64,000 nucleotides of DNA, taken from the NCBI GenBank assembly GCA_035221665.1, contig CM069155.1, positions 30,380,001-30,444,000 of the forward strand, written 5' to 3'. Shown here in pieces: positions 36,895 to 50,040 of this stretch. Each line of letters starts with the position of its first letter. The stretch's first letter is position 1. The translations under genes and the position numbers were made by a program. Below the pieces are notes generated by a model that was given only the letters and a program-made list of their open reading frames with translations, did not search any database and was not told where the DNA came from. The stretch is from Okamejei kenojei (lineage: Eukaryota).

Positions 36895-39235
36895 GGTGAA
36901 TATTCAATGGTATATGTACTATCGAAAAAACCGACAGGTTGGAAGAGGGAGTGGGGTAGCTCTGTTGGTGAGGATTGTAATTCAGTCATTTGCGAGGGGT
37001 GACATAGAATCAGGAGATGTAGAGTCAGTATGGATGGAACTGAGAAATAGTAAGGGTAAAAATAACTTAATGGGTGTTATCTACAGGCCCCTGAACAGTA
37101 GCCTGGATATAGGGTGCAAGTTGAATCCAGAGTTAAAATTGGCATGTGTTGTTATGGAAGATTTCAACATGCAGGTGGACTGGGAAAATCGGGTTGGTAC
37201 TGAACCCCAAGAAAGGGAGTTAGTGGCGATGGATTCTTCGAGCAGCTTGCAGGGATGACAGTGGGATTCTTAGATACCCTAGCACGGATGACAGTGGAAC
37301 AACAATGGCAGGTATTTCTGGGAATAATACAGAAGGTGCAGGATCAGTTCATTCCAAAGAGGAAGAAAGATTCCAAGGGGAGTAAGGTGCGACCGTGGCT
37401 GACAGGGGAAGCCAGGGACAGCATAAACAAAAAGAAAGGTACAACAGAGCTAAGATGAGCGGGAAGCCAGAGGATTGGGTAACTTTTGAAGAGCAACAGA
37501 AGATAACTAAAAAGACAATATGTGGAGAAAATATGAGGCACGAAGGTAAGCTGGCCAGGAATATAAATGAGGATAGTAAAACCTTCTTTAGGTATGTGAA
37601 GAGGGAAAAATTAGTTTAGACCAAAGATGGAGCCTTGAAGACTGAAAATAGTGAATTTATTGTGGGAAACATGGAAATGGGAGACGAGTTGAACAGGTAC
37701 TTTGGATCCATCTTCACTAATTATTAACAGATTAACCCTTATTAATCCATGTAGTGGATCATTCACAAACAATCTTCCTGATGTAGTGGTGGCCAGAGGA
37801 TCTAGGCTGACGGAGGAACTGAAGGAAATTCACATTAGGCTGGAAATGGTGTTGATGGGACTGAAGGCTGATAAATCCGCTGGGCCAGAGCGTCTCCATC
37901 CCAGAGTACTTAAGGATGTGGCTCTCGAAATCGTGGATGCATTGGTGATCATTTTCCAATGTTCTATAGAATCAGGATCAGTTCCTGTGGATTTAAGGGT
38001 TGGTAATGTTATCCCATTTTGTAAGAAAGGCGGGAGAGAGAAAACAGGGAATTATAGACCAATTAGCCTGACGTCGATGGTGGGGAAGATGCTGGATTCA
38101 ATTATAAACGATGAAATAGCAGCACATTTGGATAGCAGTAGCAGGGTCGGTCCGAGTCACCATGGATTTATGAAGGGGAAATCTTGCCTGAATAATCTTC
38201 TGGAATTTTTTGAGGATGTAACTGGGAAAATGGACAAGGGAGATTCAGCGGATGTAGTGTACCTGGACTTTCAGAAAGCATTTGATAAGGTCCCACATCG
38301 GAGATTACTGGGCAAAATTAGAGCACATGGTATTGGGGGAAGGGTGCTGACATGGATAGAAAATTGGTTGGCAGGCAGGAAACAAAGAGTAGGGATTAAC
38401 GTGTGCCTTTCAGAATGGTAGGCAGTGACTAGTGGGGTACCACAAGGATCAGTGCTGGGACCGCAGCTATTTACAATATATATTCATAATTTAGAAGAAG
38501 GGATTGAAAGTAACATTAGCAGATTTTCAGATGACACAAAACTGGGTGGCAGTGTGAACTGTGAGGAGGATGCTGTGAGGATGCAGGGATGGACATGTTG
38601 GGTGCGTGGATAGATGAATGGCAGATGCAGTTTAATGTGGATAAATGTGAGGTTATCCACTTTGGTGGCAAAACAGAAAGGCAGATTATTATCTAAATGG
38701 TGTCAAGTTGGGAAAAGGGGACGTACAATGGGATCTAGGGGTCCTTGTTAATCAGTCAATGAAAGTAAGCATGCAGGTACAGCAGGCAGCGAGGAAAGCG
38801 AAAGGCATGTTGACCTTCATAACAAGAGGAGTTGAGTATGGGAACAAAGAGGTTCTTCTGCAGTTGTACAGGGCCCTGGTAAGACAACACCTGGAGTATT
38901 GTGTGCAGTTTTGGTCTCCAAATTTGACGAAGGACATTCTTGCTATTGAGGAAGAGGAGCGTGGTAGTTGACGACTGTGTTTCCTCTCTTGTGGTTACAC
39001 TCCAAAAATTTAGAATTAGCTGGAAACATCCACGTTGGCGTATGTTCATTTCTTTGATAACCATGCATTGCTATATGTTTTGATACCAAAAATATGCACA
39101 AATTCATAGGTGTCAGAGGTTATGGGGAGAAGGCAGTAGAATGGGGTTAGGGGAGCGAGATAGATCAGCCACGATGGAATGGTCGAGTAGACTTGATGGG
39201 TCGAATGGCCTAATTGGGGCCTATTCCTTATTACA
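36895..39235 (+). mobile_element. Degenerate CR1 LINE (endonuclease plus RT)
   Basis: GSGVALLV..ESVWMEL..GVIYRP (APE); NYRPISLTS..HGFMKGKSCL..YLDFQKAFDKVPH; PQGSVLGP; FSDDTKL; interrupted near 38960-39105. Confidence 0.9.
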
Positions 39236-40015
39236 TGACCAAATTCGATATATCTTGATGGGATTCATTTTCACGTTCTAACACCTCTAAGTATGACATT
39301 GCTGTAAAATGCATTGCTAGGTTTTTCACTACCTAACCTACAGATTTATTGTTTTCTTAAATAATTGGGGTAGATTAACTTCGTAAGGTTTGGTATCATT
39401 CGATTCAAGCAATGTGCGTTTAATGTCATTCGTGGTCAATGTATCACTTTGGAGTTATTTTACATGAAGCTGACTGCAATACCCCAGACGATGGGCGGAG
39501 AATATGAGTCTGAAGAAGGGTCTTGACCCATCACCCATTCCTTCTCTCCAGAAATGCTGCCATTTTCCCGCTGAGTTACTCCAGCATTGATGTCTACCGG
39601 CGATAATGAGTCCCCTTTCTTTGGTGTCACCCACGATAGACATTAGGTGCAGGAGTAGGCCAGGAGTAAGCACATTTTCCACTGAAATAACAAAAGTTCT
39701 CAAAATTATTGAAAATTAATGTCGATACTTCCACATTAACGGGAGGTCTCATATATGGATGACTGCTTGATATTTTCATGCTGTGATTCCAGATTTGACA
39801 ACGACATGGATGGGAGTCTTTGCAGGTCCGAGAACAATCCAATCCATCCCGTTCTCCATCTTATTTCCTCGTGACCTATTCGCTCACAATGCCAATTAAT
39901 GCTCCTACATTAACTGAAATTTACAATGGCCAATTAGCCCAACAACCTGCACGACCCTGGGGTGTGATGAGAAATTGGAGCCCACTGAGGAATCGGGGGT
40001 GGGGGGTGGGGGGGT

Positions 40016-40047
<32 letters not shown>

Positions 40048-42550
40048 AATGGGGTACCGTCACAGGGAGAAGGGGAAAATAGCGCAAAGACTGCATCGGA
40101 GCTCAGGGTTCAACCCAGTTCGCTGGAGGTCCGAGCCAAATGGTCTACCTGTAGCGCCACCGCCGTCCACACCAGGGTATTCCCATCGGTGGAGTGAGAG
40201 CTGACTGAGATTCCTTTAGATTACGATTTAATCTCCTGCAGGATCCATGGGCTCATTCATTTGAAAGAAGATTCTGGGGCTAAAAGTGAAGACTAACTAC
40301 AATTTTATTTATTTCAATTATCTGATGTTTCATTTTTGGACACACCGATCTGTTCTGTAGTCATGCCTACTATGTTCAGTTGTGCTGAAGCAAAGCAATA
40401 ATTTAATTGTCCTATCAGGGACACATGACAATAAACTCTCTTGAATCTTGAATCTTGAATCTTTTATATTTCATGTTTCATATTTTATTCATATTTTAAT
40501 TGAATGTATTTGCTTTCCTTTGAATTAGATTTACTTAAATCTATTTCTGTACCTTTAATTGCTTCTGAATGTCAGAAAGGTTTAGATACATTGAAAGATC
40601 TCCACTAGTTTCACAAACATTCAAAACTAGGTGACGACATTCCCATTTTGTCAAGACTTTCAGGATGCGCTTTCTTGGACCACCACATCGCTCGCAATAT
40701 ATTATTCAAGGATCAGCTTCTCTCAAGCTCGTTTCGGGGACAGTTTTGGCCGTTCAAAATGCCCTTCCAAGTCCATTAAGACGACGTTCCGTGAATGTTG
40801 AATGCGGGTGGCATACAAGGGACCCGACTCGGGAATCCTGCGACGACAGAAGATTTCTTAATTCTTCACGGTCAAATCCACATGCTATTATTTTGCTCAC
40901 TCACTTAATCCGTTTGTTTCTTGTTTTCACCCAGTTTACTCCCCCTCGTAACGTTTTACGATCTGCGCCTCTCCCTGTTCTGACTGGAAGGGAACTCCGT
41001 TAATCCAGCTAATGAGAAAACCCTGGATCATCGCATCCCGCCCCATGCTTCCGATCCAACTGCAACCCCATAGTTCATTCAATTTGATTTGAGGAGCATC
41101 TCACCCATTGTGGAATCGATTTCTTATCGTCATAATGTGTCACATCTCAATGCTGAATGCTGTAACGAATCTCGTTTCTAGTGAAAATCATCTCATTTAT
41201 CCCTTCCTTTCGAATGTATAGTATTCCAGTGAGATACAATGTGTGGGGAGGAACTGCAGATGCTGATTGAAACCGAAGATAGACACAAAAAGATGGAGTA
41301 ACTCAGCGGGACAGGCAGCATCTTTGGAGAGAAGGAATGAGTGACGTTTCGGTCGAGACCCTCCTTGAACACTCATTCCTTCTCTCCAGGGATGCTGCCT
41401 GTCCCGCTGAGTTACTACTGCTTTTTGTGTCTATCCAAGTTAGATACATGGCTGTGTATTAAAAGTGTGAAATTCTAAACAGATCTACACAACTCTCCTC
41501 CATGTCTAACTGATCCCATGTGCCCAACCCTCACCTTCCCCACTATCAGTTTCCGTAAATGCAGCCTCCCGTGTCTCTACATATCATCTCCTTCTGTGTC
41601 TAAACCCACGCCCCCCCCCCCCCCCCACCCCCGCCCCCGGCCTATTTCTTATTTTTGCTTCTATCAGTGCGTGCATCCGGATTATTTGTGAGGGGAGGTA
41701 GTCAATATAAAGAGCTAAGAGTGGGGGTGGGATAGGGGTTGGCTGGTGAAAAGGGAAATTAGTTAAGAAGGGGCAGAAGGTGCCATGTTAAAGAGGGGGA
41801 GTGATAGAGTCGGGAGAAAGCTGTTGGTGGGTGGGTGATAGAGACTGATACACTGAAGATAGACACAAAATTCTGGTGTAACTCAGCAGGACAGGCGGAA
41901 TCTCTGGATAGAAGGAATGGGTGACCCTTCCTCACACTGAAGAGCAGACAAATATGCAGAGATGCTTGCTGGTAGACAAAAGTGCTGGAGAAACTCAGCG
42001 GGTGCAGCAGCATCCATAGAGCGAAGAAAATAGGCAACGCTTCGGGCCGAACCCCTTCTTCACACTGAGTTTCTGAGTTTCTCCAGCACTTTTGTCTACT
42101 TTCGATTTGTTGCCTGTCCCGCTGAGTTACTCCAGCATTTCGTGTTTATCTTCAGTGTAAACCAGCATCCGTAGTTCCTTTAATAGCCATTGATTGTTCT
42201 TTCCCGCCGTAACCCACCTAGAATGACTTTAAAAAGACAAACTTGGATTAGTTTAATTCGGCGCCATGGCCTGGAAATACAACCATGGCGAATGAACCGT
42301 TCGTGTAGTGCATCGTTTCCGTCCTAACTGTTGTAAAGTTATTTAGCTGAACTTAAAACTTTTGCTAACATATTTACTAATGTATTAATGCATATTTAGG
42401 ATATCATTGTTTTGGTACAAAATAGTCGTGTAATGCAGGGCGATAAACGAGACATTATTGCTCTCCCCACCTTAATAAATTACATTGTGCAATTGCTGTG
42501 ACTGAAACAATCTATAAAAGAAAACAGACATGTAATATCTGAGCGTGAAT

Positions 42551-42556
42551 TTTATT
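42551..42556 (-). promoter_or_regulatory. Candidate poly(A) signal, IgL cluster 2
   Basis: tttatt on +, about 40 nt after the C-exon stop. Confidence 0.45.
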
Positions 42557-42592
42557 TCCAAATGTATCAATTCAAGACATCATATTTTTGAA

Positions 42593-42915
42593 TCATGCAC
42601 AACCAGATCTGGCGATGTTTGTCTTCAGTGGGTTTGCCTGAGTCTCGTGTTTAACCACACAGGAGTAAAGCTCGTGTGAGTTCCAGTCTGACGCTGGCAG
42701 AGTCAGGTAACTGCTGGTACTGAACGTGTTGTCCTGATCCTGCTGGGCTCGGCCTGTGTCGACGCCATCACTTCTCGTACTGCCATCCACCGTCCACCCA
42801 ATGTCCACAACGCCCGGGTTGAACCCGTTCACCAAACACACCAGAGTGGCGGTGCCCTTTCCCGCGATTTCTTCCTCTGAAGGTCCAAGGACGGACACCG
42901 CGGGAGGCTGGGGAC
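42593..42915 (-). CDS. IGLC: Ig light chain type II (lambda) constant exon, cluster 2
   Basis: SPQPPAVSVL..ATLVCLVNGFNPG..W..DWNSHELYSCVVKHE..IARSGCA*; acceptor tttctattttccag; 323 nt, same as cluster 1. Confidence 0.95.
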
Positions 42916-45291
42916 CTGGAAAATAGAAAGAAGTACAGCATAGTGAATTATTAACGCTGGCCTTCCGAATCAAGTGTTTACTTTGTTTCCCCAGATTCCA
43001 GAGATAGAACATTTGCCGTATTAGGGAACATTCAGAAGGCGGGGATGCAGTGTCTAGATTTTAGAGCAATGAATTATATTCGCATCGAAACAGGCAAACT
43101 CCTTTCGTGCCTTGACGTTCCGTTGACATCTGGAAGTAACGGGCCGTCTACTCCTGTTCCCGTTTGTTATGTTTTTATTTCCACTATTTTATAATTAATA
43201 TAATTTTGCAAACACGTGAAAATGTTTGTGCAACAGAAGATCATTACTACAGTTTGTCCAAAGGTCTGGAAACAATTCAACGATTAACATAAGAATAAAT
43301 CAACGATTTTAGGTAGATATTCCATCCTTGAAATTAAATGCAGCGAGGTTTGGAGATTAGCAGCCAAACTCAAAATATTTAACTGTGATCAATGCCGATT
43401 GGTTTCCGCAACAATTTTATGAACCCTTCCCAGATGCATGCCCGGCGTGCTGACCCGCTTACCAAAGTGCTGAGCACTTTGCGTTTCATTCAGAATTTCA
43501 AACTCTACAGTTTTCTGTATCACCCTTCTATCGCTGTCTTAAAACAAACTTCACACAGTTCACACAGCGCACGTGTAAATATCACAAAAAGCGGTTAATA
43601 CAGTCGCAGCAACATTTATTTATTTTGATCAGCACCTGAAAAAGCACGGATCTTTAATTTTATTGTATGGAAGGTTGAAAGCCCCAATCCGTGTCAACCT
43701 CAAACTCGTCACTAATTCCATTTTGTCCGCACGGTCCAGAATAAAGGAAGATTGTTGATTGAAATATCCAGCGCGATTGAAATAATGAGCAGTTCTTAAT
43801 GTCAGTTTATCGTCAGCCCTTCAAAAGTATAATAAAATACTTAATTGACTCCTTACCAATGGAAGCTTTGAAGATATAGATATTAAAAAATGTAAATATT
43901 GTACAAAATACATGCTTCTTTATATTCGACGTACCACATTCCAAAGTAATGCAGCCAAACATTATATCTATCGCGACAGCATCAACATGTTCAGTGCTAT
44001 TTGACTGAACAACTGGCATTGCCCAATACAAAGGTATTCAAATAAAAGTGAACGAAAGTGAGTGACATGCCATCCCCTGAAGTGTCAATCAGAAAATGCT
44101 CACGAAGGTGTTTAGTGTGAAATAAAATAGCGTCGTTTGCAGATTTTATAATTGTGTTTTTAGTATTTGCTGGCAATGAGCTTCGGCTCGGAAGTCAATT
44201 CGAAATGTATTTCCTCGTCGAATGTCACAGCAAAATGCCTCATAAGGCATTGTTAAACACAGTCAGACAATTTACGTAGAATAACAAATGAGGGGGGGGG
44301 GACCATTAGGCAAAGAGATAGATTTCATGAGCATGTTAAGGATGAAAAGAGAGGTAGGAAGCATGAGATGCTTGAGGGGTAATCCGGAGTTTTGATCTTC
44401 ATGGTGACAATAGGTGACAATAGCGTTGGCGATTAAGCGGCCAAATTTAGAGAAAGCCAATGCCTCAGAAATTCCTGCGATTAGACAACCATCCCACGAC
44501 TGTGATAACAAAATTAGATTTTTTTTTTAATCTAGTGGTTACTTAGACATGAACAATGAACAAGTGTACATCAGCACGACGCGATAACGGAGATTTCCAT
44601 ACTCTCGAGTATATAGAATATAGAAAGAGAAAGATTCAGGAATAACAAACGCGAAATAGGCCGATATTGCACTGGCGGAACCAGCAGTTCTCTACTTTCT
44701 TCTGTGCGTCAGTGACGCTTTCGATCACGATTGCTTTTGCTACATCCACACTTAATCATTCCCTTCTGTTCTCAAGGCTGAAACGCTCGATAAGAGGATC
44801 TACCTAATAAGCGATTCGTGCGCCCGCTCCAAGTTTTTAAACACGGAGGCATAAGAGATGGCAGATGCTGCAAATGCTGCAAAACAAAAACAAACTGGTG
44901 GAGGAACTCAGGGGGTCAGGCGCCATCAGCGGGGGCCTCGTTATACCTTCTCCCGATGCAGAGTCTCAACCTGAAATGTGGACCAGCTCTGTGTCTCCAT
45001 AGATGCTGCCTTGTCGCTGACCGCTCCCACCTGCTCGTTTATTTTCCCCACCTTGAACTAACAGGAAGTGTCCTTCGCGTTTGACTTTCTTTAACTCTCA
45101 CTCGCGGCTACTCACATATCCTGCGTTAATACATTAAACTAACAGAAATTTCAACTTAAACCCAGCGACTTTATTCGCCCGTAATATCGCAAGACTTGGA
45201 GGACAACTTGTAGAGCGCTTTGAAAACCGGATCAAGTTGAAAGCGGACGGTTGCATTGTGCTGAATTTCAGGTAGTCATTATTGTACTTAC

Positions 45292-45624
45292 TGCTTAGAT
45301 TCAATTTGGTTCCTTTCCCGAAGCCAATATTTCCAACTAAACAGTAATAATCGGCGACATCCTCAGATCGCAGGTTGGTGATGGTCAGGTGCATCTTATT
45401 GTTCGGATCATCCACGGTACCGGTGAATCGATCTGGAATTCCAGAAGCTCTGGAGCTCTCATACCACACTAAGACCGGTGCGCTGCCGGGCTTATGCCAG
45501 TACCAACTAGTGTAGTAGCTGCTCATCTGGGCTCCTGAGAGAGTACAAGTGATCTTGACCGTTTTCCCCGGAGAAGTCGAGATGGACGTAGGGTCCTGAG
45601 TCACCAAAGTCTCTGCGATTGAAG
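45292..45624 (-). CDS. IGLV: Germline-joined V-J exon, Ig light chain type II (lambda), cluster 2
   Basis: VTQDPTSISTSPGKTVKITC..SWYWHKPGSAPVLVWY..GIPDRFTG..EDVADYYC-LVGNIG-FGKGTKLNLS; acceptor tttcaccag and donor gtaagt; no RSS. Confidence 0.95.
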
Positions 45625-45714
45625 CTGGTGAAATAACAAATTAATATTTGTAAACATACAATCTATCAGCAGAATGCAATGAGCAGCTCACTGATAATTA
45701 TGTTTTCTACTTAC

Positions 45715-45763
45715 TATGGAAGCAGAACACGACCGCGGCCAGAAGGCGAATCCATTCAGACAT
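45715..45763 (-). CDS. IGLV: Leader exon, IgL cluster 2 (MSEWIRLLAAVVFCFH)
   Basis: 49-nt exon, accATG, phase-1 donor gtaagt. Confidence 0.9.
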
Positions 45764-45839
45764 GGTGAAGGAGGTGGTGAGGGTCAGAATCTAAATGTTT
45801 TCCAACAGAGGTCCGTTTCTGGTTCTTTAGAAATCTCCC

Positions 45840-45908
45840 CTTAAGAACTCCTCAACATCACAACGTCACCGAGTTTTAATTATTCATGCAAATCTCTATC
45901 CACGTGAC
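45840..45908 (-). promoter_or_regulatory. IgL V promoter, cluster 2
   Basis: ATGCAAAT at 45886-45893, CACGTGAC from 45901, ACGTCA at 45863-45868, cttaaga at 45840. Confidence 0.85.
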
Positions 45909-47104
45909 ATCGAACTACTGGAGTGATATTGACAAATCATCGGGCTGTTTTCTTGCATGGTCGTAGGGTAGAGGGCGGAGGGTATAGGTAGAATCATAGA
46001 GGACAACAGAAGAGTAGCAAATTGCATGGCCAGATGTAGGAACTGCTATGTAGTCAGTGGGTAGACAGGCAGATATATTATGTGCATAAACAGAAAATAC
46101 TAGGGATGCTCAATACCTCAGAGTATACATGTGAAAAGTACGTTCACTTTTGTTAAAACAATAAAGCTTCACCAGAACCAAAGAAACCAGCTCTTCACAG
46201 ATGCAACCGAGTGTCACCATCATTTACTGTTTTTTATTTCAGATTTCCAATGTCGCAATTTTATTTTCATTTTCAACTTTGTATTTTTGGTTGCGAACTG
46301 GAAAGAGTGAAAAAAAACACGTTGAAGATTTTACGAAGATTTTTGAAATTAATTTTAGCCTTAATTTGTGGAAACTTTATAAACTATGATTTTCTTTGCA
46401 GTTGTTGCCCACACAGATAAAATGCTATGGATCGTTTATGGCACCGCATAATCTTTGCAGCAAACCACCATATTCATTGTGCTTGGAGAGTTTAAGCTTC
46501 AAAACAGTTCTCAATGTGTATATGTATATTTTTAGGTTATAATACTGTGTGACGAGCTAACAATTCAGAGGACGTTCCTGCCATTTCCGTATTTATCGCC
46601 ATAGGACTGAAAGCATTAATACTTCAATTGTCAACTCGAAATGCTCAGGGCCGATTGATGGTCAAGAGAAAATAAGACGCTGAATATCATTGCAATGAAG
46701 ATATGAGAAAGAAAATTGCGTTTTGCACAATTACATGAAAACACGATAAATCCTTGAAACACATTTGACAAAATAAAAGGCCCATGGCCTCCAAATCTTG
46801 ATGCATTTGTCATTGTGGGCGATAATATAATGAAACATATTTCTGAATGGGTAAAACAACAAATCGGAAAATAAGGACACTTGGAAACTTTGGAGTTAAG
46901 TTGCTTCAATTGGGTAGCCTAAGATAAGTATCAAGAAATTACAGAGTTTAGAAAAATAATTCATAGAGTCATAGAGGGCTACAGTGTGTACACTTCGGAT
47001 CAACTTGCCCACACCAGCCAACAATGCCCCAGCTACACTAGTCCCACTTGCCTGCGTTCGGTCCATATCCCTCCAAACCTGTCCTATCCACATGTCTAAC
47101 TATT

Positions 47105-47399
47105 TCGTAACCAGTCTGGCCGGTGAGGTAATTCTGAGGACTGGATAGGCACGCGTGACTTGGATTGGTGCTTTTTCAGTCTTCAACGCACCGGATAGCG
47201 GACGTAACATTAATGGCTTGGAACCATCTTGTCGTTGAATTGGTACTGGCTAAATGGTTGATATCGCTGCTGATCAGTTCCGTGACGTTAGATTGTATGC
47301 GGAAGGCACAAACTACACCACCAAGTTCCACCAACCATGTTAGCTTTGCGCTCCGCCGCTGGACATTTGGCTGCATTCACATTCAGAGAGGAATTTGCT
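47105..47399 (-). pseudogene. Possible highly decayed Ig C1-set exon
   Basis: SAKLTWLVE...F...VED*KSTNPSHAC resembles SATLVCLVS...F...ASDWNSHELYSC; acceptor-like ttttctcag upstream. Pattern match by eye only. Confidence 0.25.
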
Positions 47400-48400
47400 C
47401 TGAGAAAACGCGGCACAGGAACCCCAACTGATCCATTTGAGTAAAATATTTAATTGTGTGTTTCTTTTAATATCATACGATTATTTAAAAATGTTGGAGA
47501 CTTTCTGATGTAGTGATGTTTAAGAAGGAACTGCAGATGCTGGAAAATCGAAGGCAGGCAAGAATGCTTGAGAACCTTCTTCAGACCTTTTTCAGGCTCG
47601 AAAAGGTTCTCGACCCGAAACATCGCCTATTTCCTTCGCTCCATATATCCTGCCTCACCAGCTGAGTTTCTCCAGCATTTTTGTCTACCTTCAGATGTAG
47701 TGATCTATTTTACAGTTATAATAGATGACAAATCAGGAGGTGGGTTTTGCAATCTATTTCAGTGAAGTTTACAGATGGAAATTCTTATGATTCCTTCATT
47801 TCATCCAGTTAAATTTTGCAAGAACCATGTAATTATGAATGAAAATGCTGTATATCGGATATAACCAGAAAAAGGCTGGAAACAGTTAGTAGGTCAGATG
47901 GCACCTATGATCACATAAGTAGAGGAGACTTTTCAGAACCATGGCGTTTGGTTTCTTCGGGAAATCATACTTTCACAGTCTCAATTAAGTAGGGGTGTTA
48001 TTTTAGCTGGTATTTGATCAATTTCCTTCTTTGACTCAATTTTTTATCTCCCATTTATTCTCCTTCCACTTCAGATGCGATCCATAACATCCATTTGAAC
48101 AGGGGTCCTGATCCGAACTGTTATCTGTCAATTTCATTCCTCAGAAGCCGCCTGGCCCACTGAGTTCCTCCAGCACTTTGAGTTCCTCTTAAGATTCCAC
48201 CAAAAGCACTCTCTTCAGTCTCTATAAAGTTAACACTTTCCTGTTTCGATGTGTGCTGTTCAATCTATTTTGCATTCCCGGCACACACCGGGATGACCAA
48301 ACAACACTGCACCATTTTCTTACCTCTCTATTCAACATATAATTACGTTGTGTAAACGATTAGGGATGTCCATGATACACCAAATAATATAATGCAGGTA

Positions 48401-50040
48401 CCATATAACCATATAACAATTACAGCACGGAAACAGGCCCTCTCGGCCCTTCCAGTCCGTGCCGACCATTTGTTTTCCCCTAGTCCCATCTACCTGCACT
48501 CAGACCATACCCCTCCATTCCCTTCCCGTCCATATACATATCCACTTTACTTTTAAATGTTAAAATCGATCCTGCCTCCACCACTTCCGCTGGAAGCTCA
48601 TTCCACACAGCCACCACCCTCCGAGTAAAGAAGTTCCCCCTCGCGTTACCCCTAAACCTCCGTCCCTTAATTCGCATGTCATGCCCTCTTGTTTGAATCT
48701 TCCCTACCCTTAATGGGAAAAGCTTATCCACGTCAACTCTATCCACGTCTATCCCTTTCATCATTTTAAAGACCTCAATCAAGTCCCCCCTTAACCTTCT
48801 GCGCTCCAAAGAATAAAGACCTAACTTGTTCAACCTTTCTCTGTAACATAGTTGCTGGATCCGAGGCAACAGTCTAGTAAATCTCCTCTGGACTCTCTCT
48901 ATTTTGTTGACATCCTTCCTATAATTAGGCAACCAAAATTGTACACCATACTCCAGAATCGGTCTCACCAATGCCTTGTACAATTTTAACATTACTTCCA
49001 TGCTCCTATATTCAATGCTCTGATTTATAAAGGCCAGCACACCAAAGGCTTTCTTTACCACCCCATCTACATGCGATTCCACCTTCAAGGAACTATGCAG
49101 TTATTCCTAGATCTCTCTGTTCCACAACATTCCTCAATTCCCTACTATTTACCATGTACGTCATATTTTGATTTGTCCTGCCAAGATGTAGCACTTCACA
49201 CTTATCAGCATTAAACTCCATCTGCCATCTTTCAGCCCACTTTTCCATATGGCCCAAATCGCTCTGTAGACTTTGAAAATCTACTTCATTATCCACAACA
49301 CCACCTATCTTAGCATCATCTGCATACTTACTTATCCAATTTTCCACCCCATCATCCAGATCATTGATGTACATGACAAACAACAGTGGACCCAACACAG
49401 ATCCTTGAGGCACCTCACTGGTCACCGGCTTCCAACCAGACAAACAGCCATCCACCATTACTCTCTGAAATCTCCCATTCAGCCACTGTTGAATCCATCT
49501 TGCTACTCCACCATCAACACCCAAAGATTGAACCTTCTTAACCAACCTTCCATGGGGAACCTTGTCAAAGGCCTTACTGAAATCCATATAGACAACATCC
49601 GCTGCTTTACCCTCATCAATTTCCCTAGTAACCGCTTCAAAAAATTCAAGAAGGTTTGTCAAACATGACCTTCCAGGCGCAAATCCATGTTGGCTGTTCC
49701 TGATCAGACCCTGTTTATCCAGATGCTTATATATATTATCTCTAAGTATCCTTTCCATTAATTTACCCACCACTGACGTCAAACTAACAGGTCTATAATT
49801 GCTAGGTTTATTCTTTGAACCCTTTATAAACAATGGAACAACATGCGCAGTACGCCAATCCTCCGGCACTATTCCCGTTTCTAATGACATTTGAAATAAT
49901 TCTGTCATAGCTCCTGCTATTTCTACACTATCTTCCCTCAATGTCCTAGGGAATATCCTATCAGGACCTGGAGATTTATCCACTTTTATATTTTTCAAAA
50001 GTGTCAGTACTTCCTCCTCTTTGAATCTCATAGCTTCCAT
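48401..50040 (-). mobile_element. CR1 LINE, 5'-truncated, RT nearly intact
   Basis: 315-aa and 202-aa ORFs: [36 protein letters not shown]; same subfamily and tail as 21548-22326. Confidence 0.93.

Noticed and set aside
40665-40870. Minus-strand fragments GFPSRV and SLREADP*IIYC resembling V FR3
   Set aside because: Spacing is about 50 nt too long, frames differ, and no FR1 or FR2 is present; probably chance.
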